From Amoebophrya sp. A120 (taxonomy: Eukaryota > Protista > Dinoflagellata), in assembly GCA_905178155.1 (NCBI GenBank), contig CAJINV010000005.1, positions 2,234,054 through 2,298,053 on the forward strand: a stretch of 64,000 nt of DNA, in the 5' to 3' direction. Both the position numbers and the translations under genes were made by a program. Each line of letters starts with the position of its first letter. Position 1 is the first letter of the stretch. Below are positions 11,845-24,000 of the stretch, in pieces. The notes beneath the pieces are model-generated. The model searched no databases and was not told the DNA's origin. It worked only from the letters and a program-made list of their open reading frames with translations.

Positions 11845-13868
11845 CCTAGGTGCTAGGTTCCCGACCTAGGTGCAGCACCTAGGTGCTAGGTGTCAGACCT
11901 AGGCGCGGCACCTAGGTGTCAGACCTAGGTGCAGCACCTAGGTGCTAGGTGTCAGAGCTAGGTGCAGCACCTAGGTGCTAGGTGTCAGACCTAGGTGCAG
12001 CACCTAGGTAACAGACCTAGATGCAGCACCTAGGTGCTAGGTGTCAGACCTAGGTGCAGCACCTAGGTTCCCGAACTAGGTGCAGCACCTAGGTGCTAGG
12101 TGTCAGACCTAGGTGCAGCACCTAGGTGCTAGGTGTCAGACCTAGGTGCAGCACCTAGGTGCTAGGTGTCAGACCTAGGTGCAACACCTAGGTGTCAGAC
12201 CTAGGTGCAGCACCTAGGTGCTAGGTGTCAGACCTAGGTGCAGCACCTAGGTGCTAGGTGTCAGACCTAGGTGCAACACCTAGGTGTCAGACCTAGGTGC
12301 AGCACCTAGGTGCTAGGTGTCAGACCTAGGTGCAGCACCTAGGTGCCAGACCTAGGTGCAGCACCTAGGTGCTAGGTGTCAGACCTAGGTGCAGCACCTA
12401 GGTGCTAGGTGTCAGACCTAGGTGCAACACCTAGGTGTCAGACCTAGGTGCAGCACCTAGGTGCTAGGTGTCAGACCTAGGTGCAGCACCTAGGTGCTAG
12501 GTGTCAGACCTAGGTGCAACACCTAGGTGTCAGACCTAGGTGCAGCACCTAGGTGCTAGGTGTCAGACCTAGGTGCAGCACCTAGGTGCTAGGTGTCAGA
12601 CCTAGGTGCAACACCTAGGTGTCAGACCTAGGTGCAGCACCTAGGTGCTAGGTGTCAGACCTAGGTGCAGCACCTAGGTGCTAGGTGTCAGACCTAGGTG
12701 CAACACCTAGGTGCCAGACCTAGGTGCAGCACCTAGGTGCTAGGTGTCAGACCTAGGTGCAGCACCTAGGTGCTAGGTGTCAGACCTAGGTGCAACACCT
12801 AGGTGTCAGACCTAGGTGCAGCACCTAGGTGCTAGGTGTCAGACCTAGGTGCAGCACCTAGGTGCTAGGTGTCAGACCTAGGTGCAACACCTAGGTGTCA
12901 GACCTAGGTGCAGCACCTAGGTGCTAGGTGTCAGACCTAGGTGCAGCTCCTAGGTGTCAGACCTAGGTGCAGCACCTAGGTGCTAGGTGTCAGACCTAGG
13001 TGCAACACCTAGGTGTCAGACCTAGGTGCAGCACCTAGGTGCTAGGTGTCAGACCTAGGTGCAGCACCTAGGTGCTAGGTGTCAGACCTAGGTGCAACAC
13101 CTAGGTGTCAGACCTAGGTGCAGCACCTAGGTGCTAGGTGTCAGACCTAGGTGCAACACCTAGGTGTCAGACCTAGGTGCAACTCCTAGGTGTCAGACCT
13201 AGGTGCAGCACCTAGGTGCTAGGTGTCAGACCTAGGTGCAACACCTAGGTGTCAGACCTAGGTGCAGCACCTAGGTGCTAGGTGTCAGACCTAGGTGCAG
13301 CACCTAGGTTCCCGACCTAGGTGCAGCACCTAGGTGCTAGGTGTCAGACCTAGGTGCAGCACCTAGGTGTCAGACCTAGGTGCAGCACCTAGGTGCTAGG
13401 TGTCAGACCTAGGTGCAACACCTAGGTGTCAGACCTAGGTGCAGCACCTAGGTGCTAGGTGTCAGACCTAGGTGCAGCACCTAGGTGTCAGACCTAGGTG
13501 CAGCACCTAGGTGCTAGGTGTCAGACCTAGGTGCAACACCTAGCTGTCAGACCTAGGTGCAGCACCTAGGTGCTAGGTGTCAGACCTAGGTGCAGCACCT
13601 AGGTGCTAGGTGTCAGACCTAGATGCAGCACCTAGGTGTCAGGAGACCTAGGTGCAGCACCTAGGTGCTAGGTGTCAGACCTAGGTGCAACACCTAGGTG
13701 TCAGACCTAGGTGCAGCACCTAGGTTCTAGGTACAGCACCTAGGTGCTAGGTGTCAGACCTAGGTGCAGCATCTAGTTTAGCGACCTAGGTGCGGCACCT
13801 ACCCACGTGCCAGAGCTACCTACGTCCGGCACCTAGATGCCAGAGCCAGGCGCGGCACCCAGGTGCAG
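11845..13868. repeat. Palindromic CCTAGG minisatellite with 33-bp and 26-bp units and a ~92-bp higher-order repeat
   Basis: Unit L = cctaggtgcagca-cctaggtg-ctaggtgtcaga (33 bp); unit S = cctaggtgcaaca-cctaggtgtcaga (26 bp). Mostly arranged L-L-S and decaying at both edges. No ORFs on either strand. Confidence 0.97.
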
Positions 13869-13929
13869 AAAAAATCTGCAGTGGGGAGCTGCTTATTGCC
13901 GCACGGCGCCAAGCTTTTCAATTCACCTC

Positions 13930-14110
13930 CCGGATATTCCTTGGTGCAGCGCAGCACCAAGATTTGCGGCCGGGGCTTTCTGGGTCCCGCGCGGCACCAG
14001 GATTTTGAACCGGAAATCTTGTGGTGCCGCGTGGCACCAAGATTTCCGCTTCGCCCGGAAATTTCTTGGTGCTGCGCGGCTCCAAGATTTGCGGCCGCAT
14101 GCATCCGGGA
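13930..14110. repeat. Degenerate head-to-head inverted array (ccggaaatcttggtgccgc / gcggcaccaagattt)
   Basis: Alternating-orientation copies of gcrgcaccaagattt directly after the satellite. Confidence 0.7.
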
Positions 14111-14190
14111 ATTTCACGTGGTTGTCGTGGCGACCGGCCACCTGAATCGGGCAGGCGGCTGCCTGAGTTTCAGGTGATTGCCGGGGGCAC

Positions 14191-14310
14191 GCGTTTTCCG
14201 AAAAGAGGCCCTGTTGCTGCTGCATCCGCAAAAGACTGTTGTTGGGGAGGACAAAAACATTTTTTCAGCACCTCATAGAGGAGGAAAAGCCTCTTCTCGG
14301 GGTGGAACGA
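14191..14310 (+). pseudogene. Decayed copy of the J-domain gene 3' end (start of right duplication copy, 14191-14825)
   Basis: Reads RFPKRGPVAAASAK or LLLLHPQKTVVGEDKN depending on frame. The nucleotides match 10471-10595 with indels, and HPD has become HPQ. Confidence 0.7.
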
Positions 14311-14759
14311 TGTGTGAAATCAACATAAGATGATGGATGAGAAATGGTTTTCGAAGTTTGCGTCCCAATGAAAAAGAGTCAGGAAGTAGGCTTCAGCATC
14401 AATGATTCTGGCAACACTCCATGCCGCTGGAGCTCTGTTCCAGTCATTTCCATACGGGCGATTCTTTGGTGTTCATAATTATCACGAGATACTCATTAGA
14501 ATTAGACACAAGAAGTGTTTAGGGTCTTGTTGATCAAGGTGACGAGGTACTGCGGAGTTGCTTAGACTTGTTATGTATGAGTCAAAAGTTCAATATTTAG
14601 TTTATCAGACGAGTGCGTAAGCGTAATTTTGTACGCTGCGGACTCTTCGCCATATGATGTCCATGACATAGAGACTTCATGCTACTGTGAGCGAGAAACT
14701 AGCTTTTCAAGTGAGTCATGTCATCAGGTTCTTGAATTTTTGAACAACATCTTCCAAAG

Positions 14760-17700
14760 ATGGCCCACTCCGAGTCTGTAATCCTACGCTGGGTGCGCGA
14801 TTCCATCGCGTTTGGTCTGGATCACAGTTCTTTAAAAGTGCAGGAGCGAATTCGAGAAACTCTTGGCGCGCCGCAACTGCCGAAAGAATTATCCCTGCAA
14901 GACCTGCGTGATGGGAAAGTGCTGGTGGCGCTGGTATAGCAAGTAGGTTTTTCTGCATCTGCCTGCATGTCATACGTATCACAGGCCTCTCGAAATAAAT
15001 TGAAATACGCAACTACTTGCTTTTGCAAAAAACGATAAAAATGATTCACAGGTCCAAGGCATTGACATTCGTCTCTGCCGCAGAAGTAACAACATTCCGC
15101 TCGGCCGCCTTGCTCAGTTTCAGACCAGCTGTCGCGAGTTGGGCTTGACCGACGCCCAGATTTTCGCGGTGCCGGACCTTGTTCCCGACGTGAAAAATCC
15201 GAAATCGGTTTTGAAGACCCTGCAGTCCCTGTCGGAGTGCCTGGACCACAAGTGGCGGGGGCCCAGGATAGGTAGAGAATAGTTAGGGTTTAGGTGGAAC
15301 TGTTTTTGCAGGAGAAACCGCATCACATACTCCATTTGTTTTGCATGAGCTGCACCGTATCTAATAACATCGATTTTCCACCTTCAGATTCCTTCCGCCA
15401 GTCTTTCCAGAAGAAGAAATCTTGGTCTGAGTCGTCTTCTTCTGAAGACGAAAAGGAAATCCGACGTTCTTCGATCCACTTCCGCGGCCGGCAGACGAAC
15501 CGACGGCAGAAGCAGCGCGTGGTGGAATCCAGTTCGTCCGAAGAGGATTTTTTGGACAAAAATGAAAAATCCGAGTTTCAATCCCTCTCCCCGAAAGGAG
15601 GAACTACCAACGGCAGGCTCACCTCGGTGGATGAGAGCGGGAAAAGAAACTACATCAGTGCGCCGGGCAACACTGCAGCTTCTAGGGGAACTACTTCTGC
15701 AGCTGCCCAGCTTTCGTCACCTCTCGACGATCTGCTTTCCAACAGCACCGACAAGAAGCAACTGGACTACCTCGGCACGGAAGCAACTGCAGCGACTTTT
15801 GAAGGGGGGCCAGGCGATCGCTCGAACCTCGCTGCATTCGAAAACAGTAACCAGCACCCCTCTTCGGTTCGCCTTTCCGCGTCGAGCGACCTGCGGTCCT
15901 CCTCGTCCGCGAGCGATCTCAGCTCGTCCGCCGCGTCCGGCGGTGCGTCGATGCAGAACTTCCAGTCGCCGAACCGGGCCGGAGGGAAGAAGCACCACGC
16001 GAAGCGGCACGTGAACAGCTTGCGGAACGTGTTTCCGACCGCGAGTGGTGACGGGGGAAAAGCGCAGGATAACGAGTTTGAGGACGCGGAGGAGGGGGTG
16101 GATGTCCGGGGCATGCTGCAGACGTGGGAGGAAAAACATCAAGGTGCTGGACTGAACGGCGGCGTTGCGCAATCAGGAGAAACTACTTCCACTGGGATTG
16201 TCATGCGAATTTTCGACGAGCACGAGGACGGGGGAATAAAACAGGTCGAAATGGACGCCGACGAAGGCGTAAGAAGTGCAGATTCAGCACTAGAGGAAGA
16301 CCCAGCGGACGCCGTCAAGAGAAGCAAGGACTCCGCGGCGAAGTCCAGTAAGCAAAGCGCAGGAGGAAGTGCGATTTTGCTGGAAGGAACAAATGTTGGG
16401 TCGACCGGCGGGGCCGGAGAACATGTCAATTCCCACGCAAGCAGCGCGGTTTCCTCCTCGGTTCTGTCCTCAAATTTGCGGGACGAAATCCGGCAAGATC
16501 TGGAGCGGGCCCGGGTGGTGGAGGACAGTTTCGAGGAAACACTGGAGAGCCCGAACGACGGAACTGCAGGTGGTCTTGCGCATGCAGCTCCCGCTCCGAC
16601 CGGAAGTCTCGTGGTGGACGAAGAGGAAGAGCGTGGAGGTCCTGCTTCTTCCAGTGTAGTTGCTTCACCGGTGAAGAGAGAAAGCAAAAACCCCTTCGCT
16701 TTCACGCCGCCAGCGAGGGACGAAAATAAAGCAAACGAGAAGGACGATACCGCGAAAAGTGTTGTTCTTGGAAAAAGCAGTAGACTCGATACCACACCAA
16801 CGACCGCGTCTGTGGCGAACATAGTGGAGCAAGTTTTGCAAAACGCGGCGAGTATTAGTGTGAAGGAAACCACACAAACATCATCTTCAGCTGCACCATC
16901 TGGAACACGTGATGGAAAAGTAGACCTTCGCGCAACTACGGCAGGCACAGAACCATCTTCAAGCCAAGTTTTTGTGGAAAAGAAGGAAGTGCAACAAATA
17001 GTCGAGTTGCTTCTCGACAAGGCGGCGAGCCACGTCACGGTTGAGAATGTCGTGGATAACTTAGTGGATAAAACGTTTGAGCAAGTGGCGAAGGAAATTT
17101 TAGAGGAGAAAAGCGTGAAGAATTTGGTAGAAGAGATGATAGAAGCCGCTGCGGACCGAGTTGCCGCGTCGCCTTCGAGAAGGAGTGGCGGAGAAAAGAA
17201 AGCGACCCAAGAAGGAAGTAATGACGATCTTCTGCGAGGCAACAACAATTCCACCGAGACTGCTTCTCGAGGAACTACCGAACCAGCTTCGTCTGGCACA
17301 CCCAGCTCGAAGACGGTGAAGGAAATCATCACGAACATGGTCGATGACGCAGCGAAACAGTGCGCGATGGAAATAGTGAGGGGCAGTTCGATACAGGCGA
17401 AAGGCAGCGGTGCACCAGAAGTTGCAACAAGCAATCAGACCGCGGACGACCACCAGGATGAAAGCGGAATAAAGAAGAAAGAGAGCAGCGGATCCGGCAG
17501 AAGTGCCAGTCCGTCTCGGCAGCGGGTTTCAAAAGATTTCTCTTGTGACCTCTCCATTCCAAACGAGAGGTCGCCCCAGTCGCCGCAAAGTCCAGTTGTG
17601 TTTTCGCCAGGAGAAAAAAATGCAGCAGCGGTGGTAGAATTGAGTGGGAAGAAAGCGGCGGTTGAAGAAGCGGCTCCGGTTCCGGCGGCTCCTGCCGGCG

Positions 17701-19481
17701 TCAATGTTGACTGTGATGCCACACGAGAAGAACAGGTAGAGGAAGGAAGAACGGGAAGCAAGCCAAGTCCAGAAGAACCGCAAAAGCAGGTTGCTTCCAC
17801 AAGTAAGAACGCCGAGGAGAACAAAGCAGAGCCAGAAAGTGACCCAGGTGGTGTCGTTCAGCACGACAAGAACATCCAGCAAGAGCACTACCCGCACGTC
17901 GACCCGGACACGTCAAGTAAAGACGTGCTTTTGCGGAGCAAAGGCCACGAGAGCGAGGATCTGATGAGTTTGGTGACTGAAGAGTCAGTCACCGTGTCAG
18001 CGACTGGCGAACAGGGCAGTGCGGAGAGGAGTCAATCGCAGCAGCAGGAGCAAATAGTTCAAGAGCTGCTCGTACCACCCGCGGTGAAGGTGGAACAAGA
18101 CGTCACGCCGGATCTTCCCCAAGGGCAAACTCCAGATTCTGCCACCGTGAGTGCAAAAGGCGCACAGCCAGGAGTCGTCGCGGGAATAAGCACGACAACC
18201 GGGGCTCCGCCACCTGCACCAGGTGCTAGTACACTCCAGACCAGTGGCCCAAGCCGCCGAGGACCTTCTTCCGGCGTTTCCAGCATCGACTTATCGGACA
18301 TTCACAGAATTATGAACCCAGAGCACGAAGACGTGTACCCGAAGAAGGATACAAAGCAGCGAACAATGCCGAATGTAGCGACAGAACAGCAGCACAGCGT
18401 GAGCAGCAGCAAGGAGCATTCCGTGGACCTGAACGCTTTCCTCGTCACCACGCCCTCCGAGTCGGAAAACAACAGCAAAAACACCTCCGCTGCTGTCAAC
18501 CCGCTGGAAATGAGCAACGAGGAGTTTTTTTCGTTCTTGAAACCCCCTTCGTCGGGACGGTTCAATCCGTTGCCTAGAACTGGGAATAGTACTGGAAGTG
18601 GGGAACAAACTCTTGATGCCAGTGGGGCGACCACCACAACCACTGCGCTTGCCGGCGGAGCTACAGCCAACATGACCTCTTCGTCCACGCTGCCGCCGAG
18701 CAACCGCACGAACGCGAATTCTCCGCGGGCGACCAGCCCCTTCAGTTCCCGCTCCTACAACACGCCAAGGACGGAGAAAGAGAAAATGTCAAGCTCGGGA
18801 TCATATTCGAACAGCACAAGCAAGAATCCTTTCGCGGAATTCTCCCTAACCGGTTCGTCAAACGAGAAGTCGTTTTCCAGTACATCTGGGAAGGACAAAA
18901 ATGCGTCCAGTGGTCGGAATAACAACCCATTCGGAGCAGGAGCCGGATCCTCCTCTCCGGGGGATTTGTTTAAAGGGCTGATGGGAGCTACAAGTTCATC
19001 TGCAAATAATAAAAGCGCGTCTGCTACTTCTATCACCGACCCTTTCGCAGAGTTTGACCAGCTGTATCGCAACAAACCCGCCACGCCAAGCCCGAGACCG
19101 CCGCTGATGTCGGATCGAGGAACTGCTGGAAGTGTAAACAAAAAGTCTCAACTCGGCGACTACACGACCGTTGCAACTTCTACAGGGACTGGAGTTACGA
19201 GTCTCAGTGCCCCGTCGAGCAGTAGGACGTTGTCTTCGGCGAAAAAAAGCCCGGCGCTGGGGAGGGAAGTGTATGGTGGAGTTGGAAGTGGAAATAATTA
19301 CACAAACAGCAAGAATAATCCCTCTGACATAACCAACATTGACAAGGATATCGATCGACTTTTTGAAGATCTGCTGGGGCATCAATCAATCGCATGCGAG
19401 TTTCTTTTGGAACTTCGTGACAGACCGCCTCCTAGGTGTCGTCTTTTGTGTCGTGTTTCTCTTCTCTTGTTTACCTTTTAG
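14760..19481 (+). CDS. N-terminal calponin-homology (CH) domain protein with long disordered region
   Basis: Exons 14760-14933, 15052-15271 and 15388 onward splice to ...VILRWVRDS...LQDLRDGKVLVALVQGIDIRLC...GRLAQFQTSCRELGLTDAQIFAVPDL...NPKSVLKTLQSL (CH pattern). NPF/DPF motifs lie near the C-terminus. The true 3' end is uncertain after ~19378. Confidence 0.8.
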
Positions 19482-19959
19482 ATTTTTTGTTTGTGATACA
19501 GTGTAACTTACTGCGCTTCTGTTGTGGGTCTGGGTTGAGGAAAGGAACGATTCTGAGTGCGGCAAAAAGGGAGTACGTATCTATGCAGGGCCAGTTCAGA
19601 GCGACGGTGGCGTTTGGTGATAGTAAACGAGGAGGCAAATAAGTACTCAAAACGTTAAGAAGATGCTTCGCATCCTAAGTTAGCTGTATAATCACAACAA
19701 ACTATGTTTCAACACATCTAAAGAATCATGAAACCGCTGGCGCTTTACCGCAGCTGCGCTCCTACGAGAAGCTCAGAAACAAGCCTGTGCGGTGCAGCCG
19801 AGACAAGATCAGCGCGCACCGCTATGCGGAGGGAAGCAGTGGTGCCAGGAGAGAGAGAGTACTTACAATCAGGACCGCGGAAGAGCTATGACTTCTAGGA
19901 AGCTAGGGCATTTGTCGTGCATCTAGCGAGGACTCCGAGCGATCCCTGGGTGTTCCGTT

Positions 19960-20705
19960 ATGGACGACCTGGATGCGCTCCTCGACGACGTACTGGGTCC
20001 GTCCCAGCCGCCCGCGAAAACCAGTCCGCCGGCAAGGCCAAAACCCTTCGACCCTCAGCAGCCGGATTTGCGGAGCGCGGAAATTTTCGTCAAGAGGCCA
20101 GAACCAAAACCGGCGGGGTTGATCGAAGGTACTATTGGGGATGATATGGTGTTGTTGAATCAATTCGGTATGCGACTCTGACATCACAAAGTACTTACTT
20201 GCATCCGCATCTCCACAAACAACCAACAGGTACGAAATCCCTTCTCGACGATGTTTTGGGCGAAGTGATAGGGCTCGACACCAGCTATGTTGCCTCCACG
20301 TCACCAGCACCACCGAGCCTCGAGAACGCACCCATGATGTGTCGGAAGTGCGATTTCAATGTAAGTATAATTTTTCATGTAGGATTGCAAACGAAACCGA
20401 AAGCGAAACCGTACTTCTTTCTGTGTGTAGTAGAGACAACTGCATGCGAAACTAGAACAGAAACACAATAAAAAACCCCCGCACTACCGCACCAGGTCCT
20501 GACTTTCGAAGACAGTTTTTGGCTGGGAAAGTGCGACTACATGTTTTTCCGGAACCACTTTCCGCAAGTCGAGAAGCTGCAGACAGGGCTCGGGCGAAAG
20601 CCGGGGAAGAAGGCGCTGGCCTGTCAGTGCCGTTGGGCGGTCATAGACAAAACGCAGCACCCCCGCGAGGCGGGTGTCAGCACCTGGATCCTGAGGAGAA
20701 ATTGA
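19960..20705 (+). CDS. CFAP418: Cilia- and flagella-associated protein 418 (C8orf37/RMP domain)
   Basis: Exons 19960-20128, 20230-20360 and 20496-20705 give MDDLDALLDDV...CRKCDFNVLTFEDSFWLGKCDYMFFRNHFPQVEKL...ALACQCRW, matching the C8orf37 signature (CDF..W...CDYLFFRN..P...ACQC.W). Confidence 0.88.
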
Positions 20706-21087
20706 CGTTTTGTCGTGTCGTGTGTAGTTTCGTTTGAAAAAGTTGGCCTGGAGGGCGGAAGGAAGAGAATTTTTGGAAATCATGAACAAACACGTTGCGG
20801 ACGGCATACGTACCTTGTCGCGCGTGTGTGCCGTCTCCTGAGATAGTCTAGATTTGGCCTGTTCATAGCAAACACAATCTACTTCTGAGAGCGACGATTG
20901 TCAGTGTGAATTAATAGGCGAATCCGTCCGTGCAAATATGCGCGGAGTTGTCGTGATACGAAGAGACCCTCCGCCCCTGCTGCAGAGAGTACAGGCTTGA
21001 CAGTGAAAAGAACTTTGACAAGTCACTGGCATAGAACGACGAGGGCCGCGACCGGCACCACGCAAAATAAAGATCCAATAAAACAAG

Positions 21088-24000
21088 ATGCTGATCGCGT
21101 TAGAGCCGCCTCCGGTGAACAAGAACCGCGCTATTCGAATCCGAATTCTCAACGGCCATGGAATTCTCGGCGACCACAGTTCCCGGAGTAAGCTCGACCT
21201 GGAAGTGCATGTTTCGATCAATGAGAAGAAAAAGTTTTCCACCGAACTTCGCCGGGTCAGGAGAACCACAACTGCTACACCAGGAGGTGGTGCGTCATCT
21301 TCATCATCTTCGTGCTCTTCACGACCTGCCCCAGTCGATGTGGAATGGGCCACAAATTTGTTCGAAATGGAGTACACGACGGAGGAGCCGCTCGAAGTAA
21401 AATTCGAACTGCTCGGCCGCAATGTGTTCCGCTCGAACTGTTTGCTCGGCACGGGGACCGTGTTCTGCATGCCATTAGCGGAGGAGAACCAGCCGCGGGC
21501 GAGGAAGGAGGAGACGCTGAGGTTGCAGGTGCCGGAAGTAGGACAGCATTATGCGAGGAAACAGAAGGTACTGATTAGAGTGCTTGGCGTGGAATTCCTT
21601 TCCTTTCATTTTTTTGAACAGCCAAATCACGGGCCCTGGCGGTAGAGTCAGACTTGAACTTGATACGACCTCAATACCCGGTTTACTGAAAGACAATAAA
21701 TGAAAAACAAACCGCTCACAGCCACCACCTGCTTCCAAACCCGCTCCTGGCTACCTGAAAATCATCATCGAATATGGACTGGACATCGTGACCGCCGCTC
21801 GGCGCAAGGAGCGCTTTTGGGAAGAGATCAAGGAGCGCTTCAGTGACGAGGGGAAGTTTTACCACCACAACTGGTTCAACATCCAGAAACGGGGTCTGGA
21901 TTCCCAACTCGGTTTTTCCCGGCCCGGTATGTGTTTGCAGGACCAGGAGGCGGAAGATTTTTTGGAGGAGCACGAACGAGAGGACGCAGAATCTGCAACC
22001 GCTGCCGGAATGGTGTTGACAGGAACGTCGGCGGCCTCCTCTTCATCCTCCTCCTCGTCAAGCGTGTCACGAGCCCCAGGTGCAACGACAACTCTTCACA
22101 CGACTTCGAGAAGACGGAGACAGTGGCCCCACGGGCTGCGGGTCCGGCACAAGACCGAGGGGCCGGGGACAGTGGTGGTGGCGGAATACGATGATGATGA
22201 TGACTGCCAAGCTGATGGAATGCAAGAGGATCAGTTCGTTTTTGTCACTTTCGATAACAGCCCGGCTTGTCGGTCTCGCCGCAAGCGGTTCGACGCCCAT
22301 GGAGTTCCGGTTGCAGAGCTCACGAAGCAGCAGCGGAGCAGGGTAGATATTGGCACAACACATGACCACGAGTTGTCATTCGACGAAGGGGGAGCAGGAG
22401 GAGTGCGTAATGAGTCAAACCCGATCCCCAGCGCTTCCACAAGAACGCTCTCTCACCATCCCACGTCCAACATCATCACCGTTGGCAGTTTTGTCCGCGT
22501 GAAGCCAAACGTCGTGCCCTGCCGGGGGTGGGGAAAGGTGACGAAAAACTGCGTCGGCCGCGTAATGCGACTGCAGGGGTTGCGGGCGATCTGCGCGTTT
22601 CCCAGCCAGAAGAGCTGGACGACCACGATTGACGAGCTGGAGGTGGTGGCGGCACGGAAAATAAAGTTGTTGCGCGCGGAGGGCCCGTTCCAGCGCGGCG
22701 AGGAGGTGTTTGTGGTGCGGGAAGATTACGACGAAGTGGCGGATAATTCATTCTCCCAGGGGTTGCTGCCATGTGGAGGACGAGGAGGTGCTTCTTCTTC
22801 CTCTTCAGCATCTTCTTCTGCGGGACAAGCACGGGAGCCGGGGATTGACTTGCAGAGCGGCGAACAGATTCTGGAGCGAGAGGCATCTTCTTTTTCGGCC
22901 GCAAACGACGTTGACAGCAATACCGGACCTGGTAGTTCAGGGTCGACAGCGCATGGTCGAAATCATCGGCGAGATAGAGAAGCTTCTAGGTCGTCCCGTG
23001 CGTCGTCTGAAAGCGTGTCTCCGTCTCAACCGCGACGCACGGACGCCGTTCGTCAACGTTCCAGTCGGGCGTCGAGATCGTCCGTTGCTAGTCCCAATGC
23101 AAGGCCACGGCGGAACTCGACCCAGCGCCCGGAAGAGCGGCCTTTCGCTCCGCCATCGCGAACTAGAGGCGTGAATCACGAAGGGACTGAGTTATCCGGC
23201 GCGCCCGCGTCTGTTCTTGCGCAGCAAGATGCACCCACGAACACTGGCGTTCGTGGGAGCCTCCGGAACCGCATCCGTAAGGCGTTGAAGCGAAAGTTCC
23301 GGCGGGCAAACTGCATGCGGTCTCGGGGCGACGAAAGCCCGGCGATGCAAGAGTATCTTTATCCGTTGTCTTCGTCAAATGATGTGGCGGCCGTACGAGA
23401 GGACGTCGCGGCCGGGCGGCAGAGTGCTGCGGGAAATCAGAATCAAAACTCTGAGCAGGAAACGGACGGTCAGACCCGTGCTAATGCAGGAGCGTCTAGC
23501 AGCTCAACCGGAGCTGGATCCTCGCGTTGCCCGAGAATCTCAGCGAAAAGGAAAACAACCTCGAAAAGGTTGAACCTGCAGTGCATGAACTCGAATGGCG
23601 TTGCGTGGTGGATCTACGCGGACCTGGAAAACGAGATATTCGTTTACAAAGCGACCAGCGAGACGTCAGTCTTTGGTGACACCTCTTCGGAGAACGAGGA
23701 TGAAGACACTACTGCTGCTGCGTTCGGACCCCGGGAAACTGTGGGAGGATCGTCAAGCTCGACAAGTAGGAGCCAGGTCGCTCACGAGTCAGAATGTGCA
23801 AGAGCAGCTGCTGCTGCTGCTTCCAAAAATCCTGCTACCACAGCTGATCAGAAAGCACTTCTGCAGTTTCTCTTAAATGGCGATGTGGAAAAGTGGCTGG
23901 ATGCAATTTCTTCACATCAAACTCGAGTAAGTGTTTCCAAGAATCCCAGCGTCGACGTGCGAAATAATGCGGATGATTGTGTACGCCCCCGTGCCGCGGG

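Noticed and set aside
11845-13868. CRISPR array or telomeric tract
   Set aside because: No unique spacers and no cas genes in a eukaryotic context. The TAGG core resembles telomere repeats, but the array is palindromic, composite and internal.
16139-17434. 431-aa minus-strand ORF (also 26606-27346, 39697-40500, 58071-58967, 60380-61507, 62645-63289)
   Set aside because: Antisense shadows of long + strand CDSs; no recognisable motifs.
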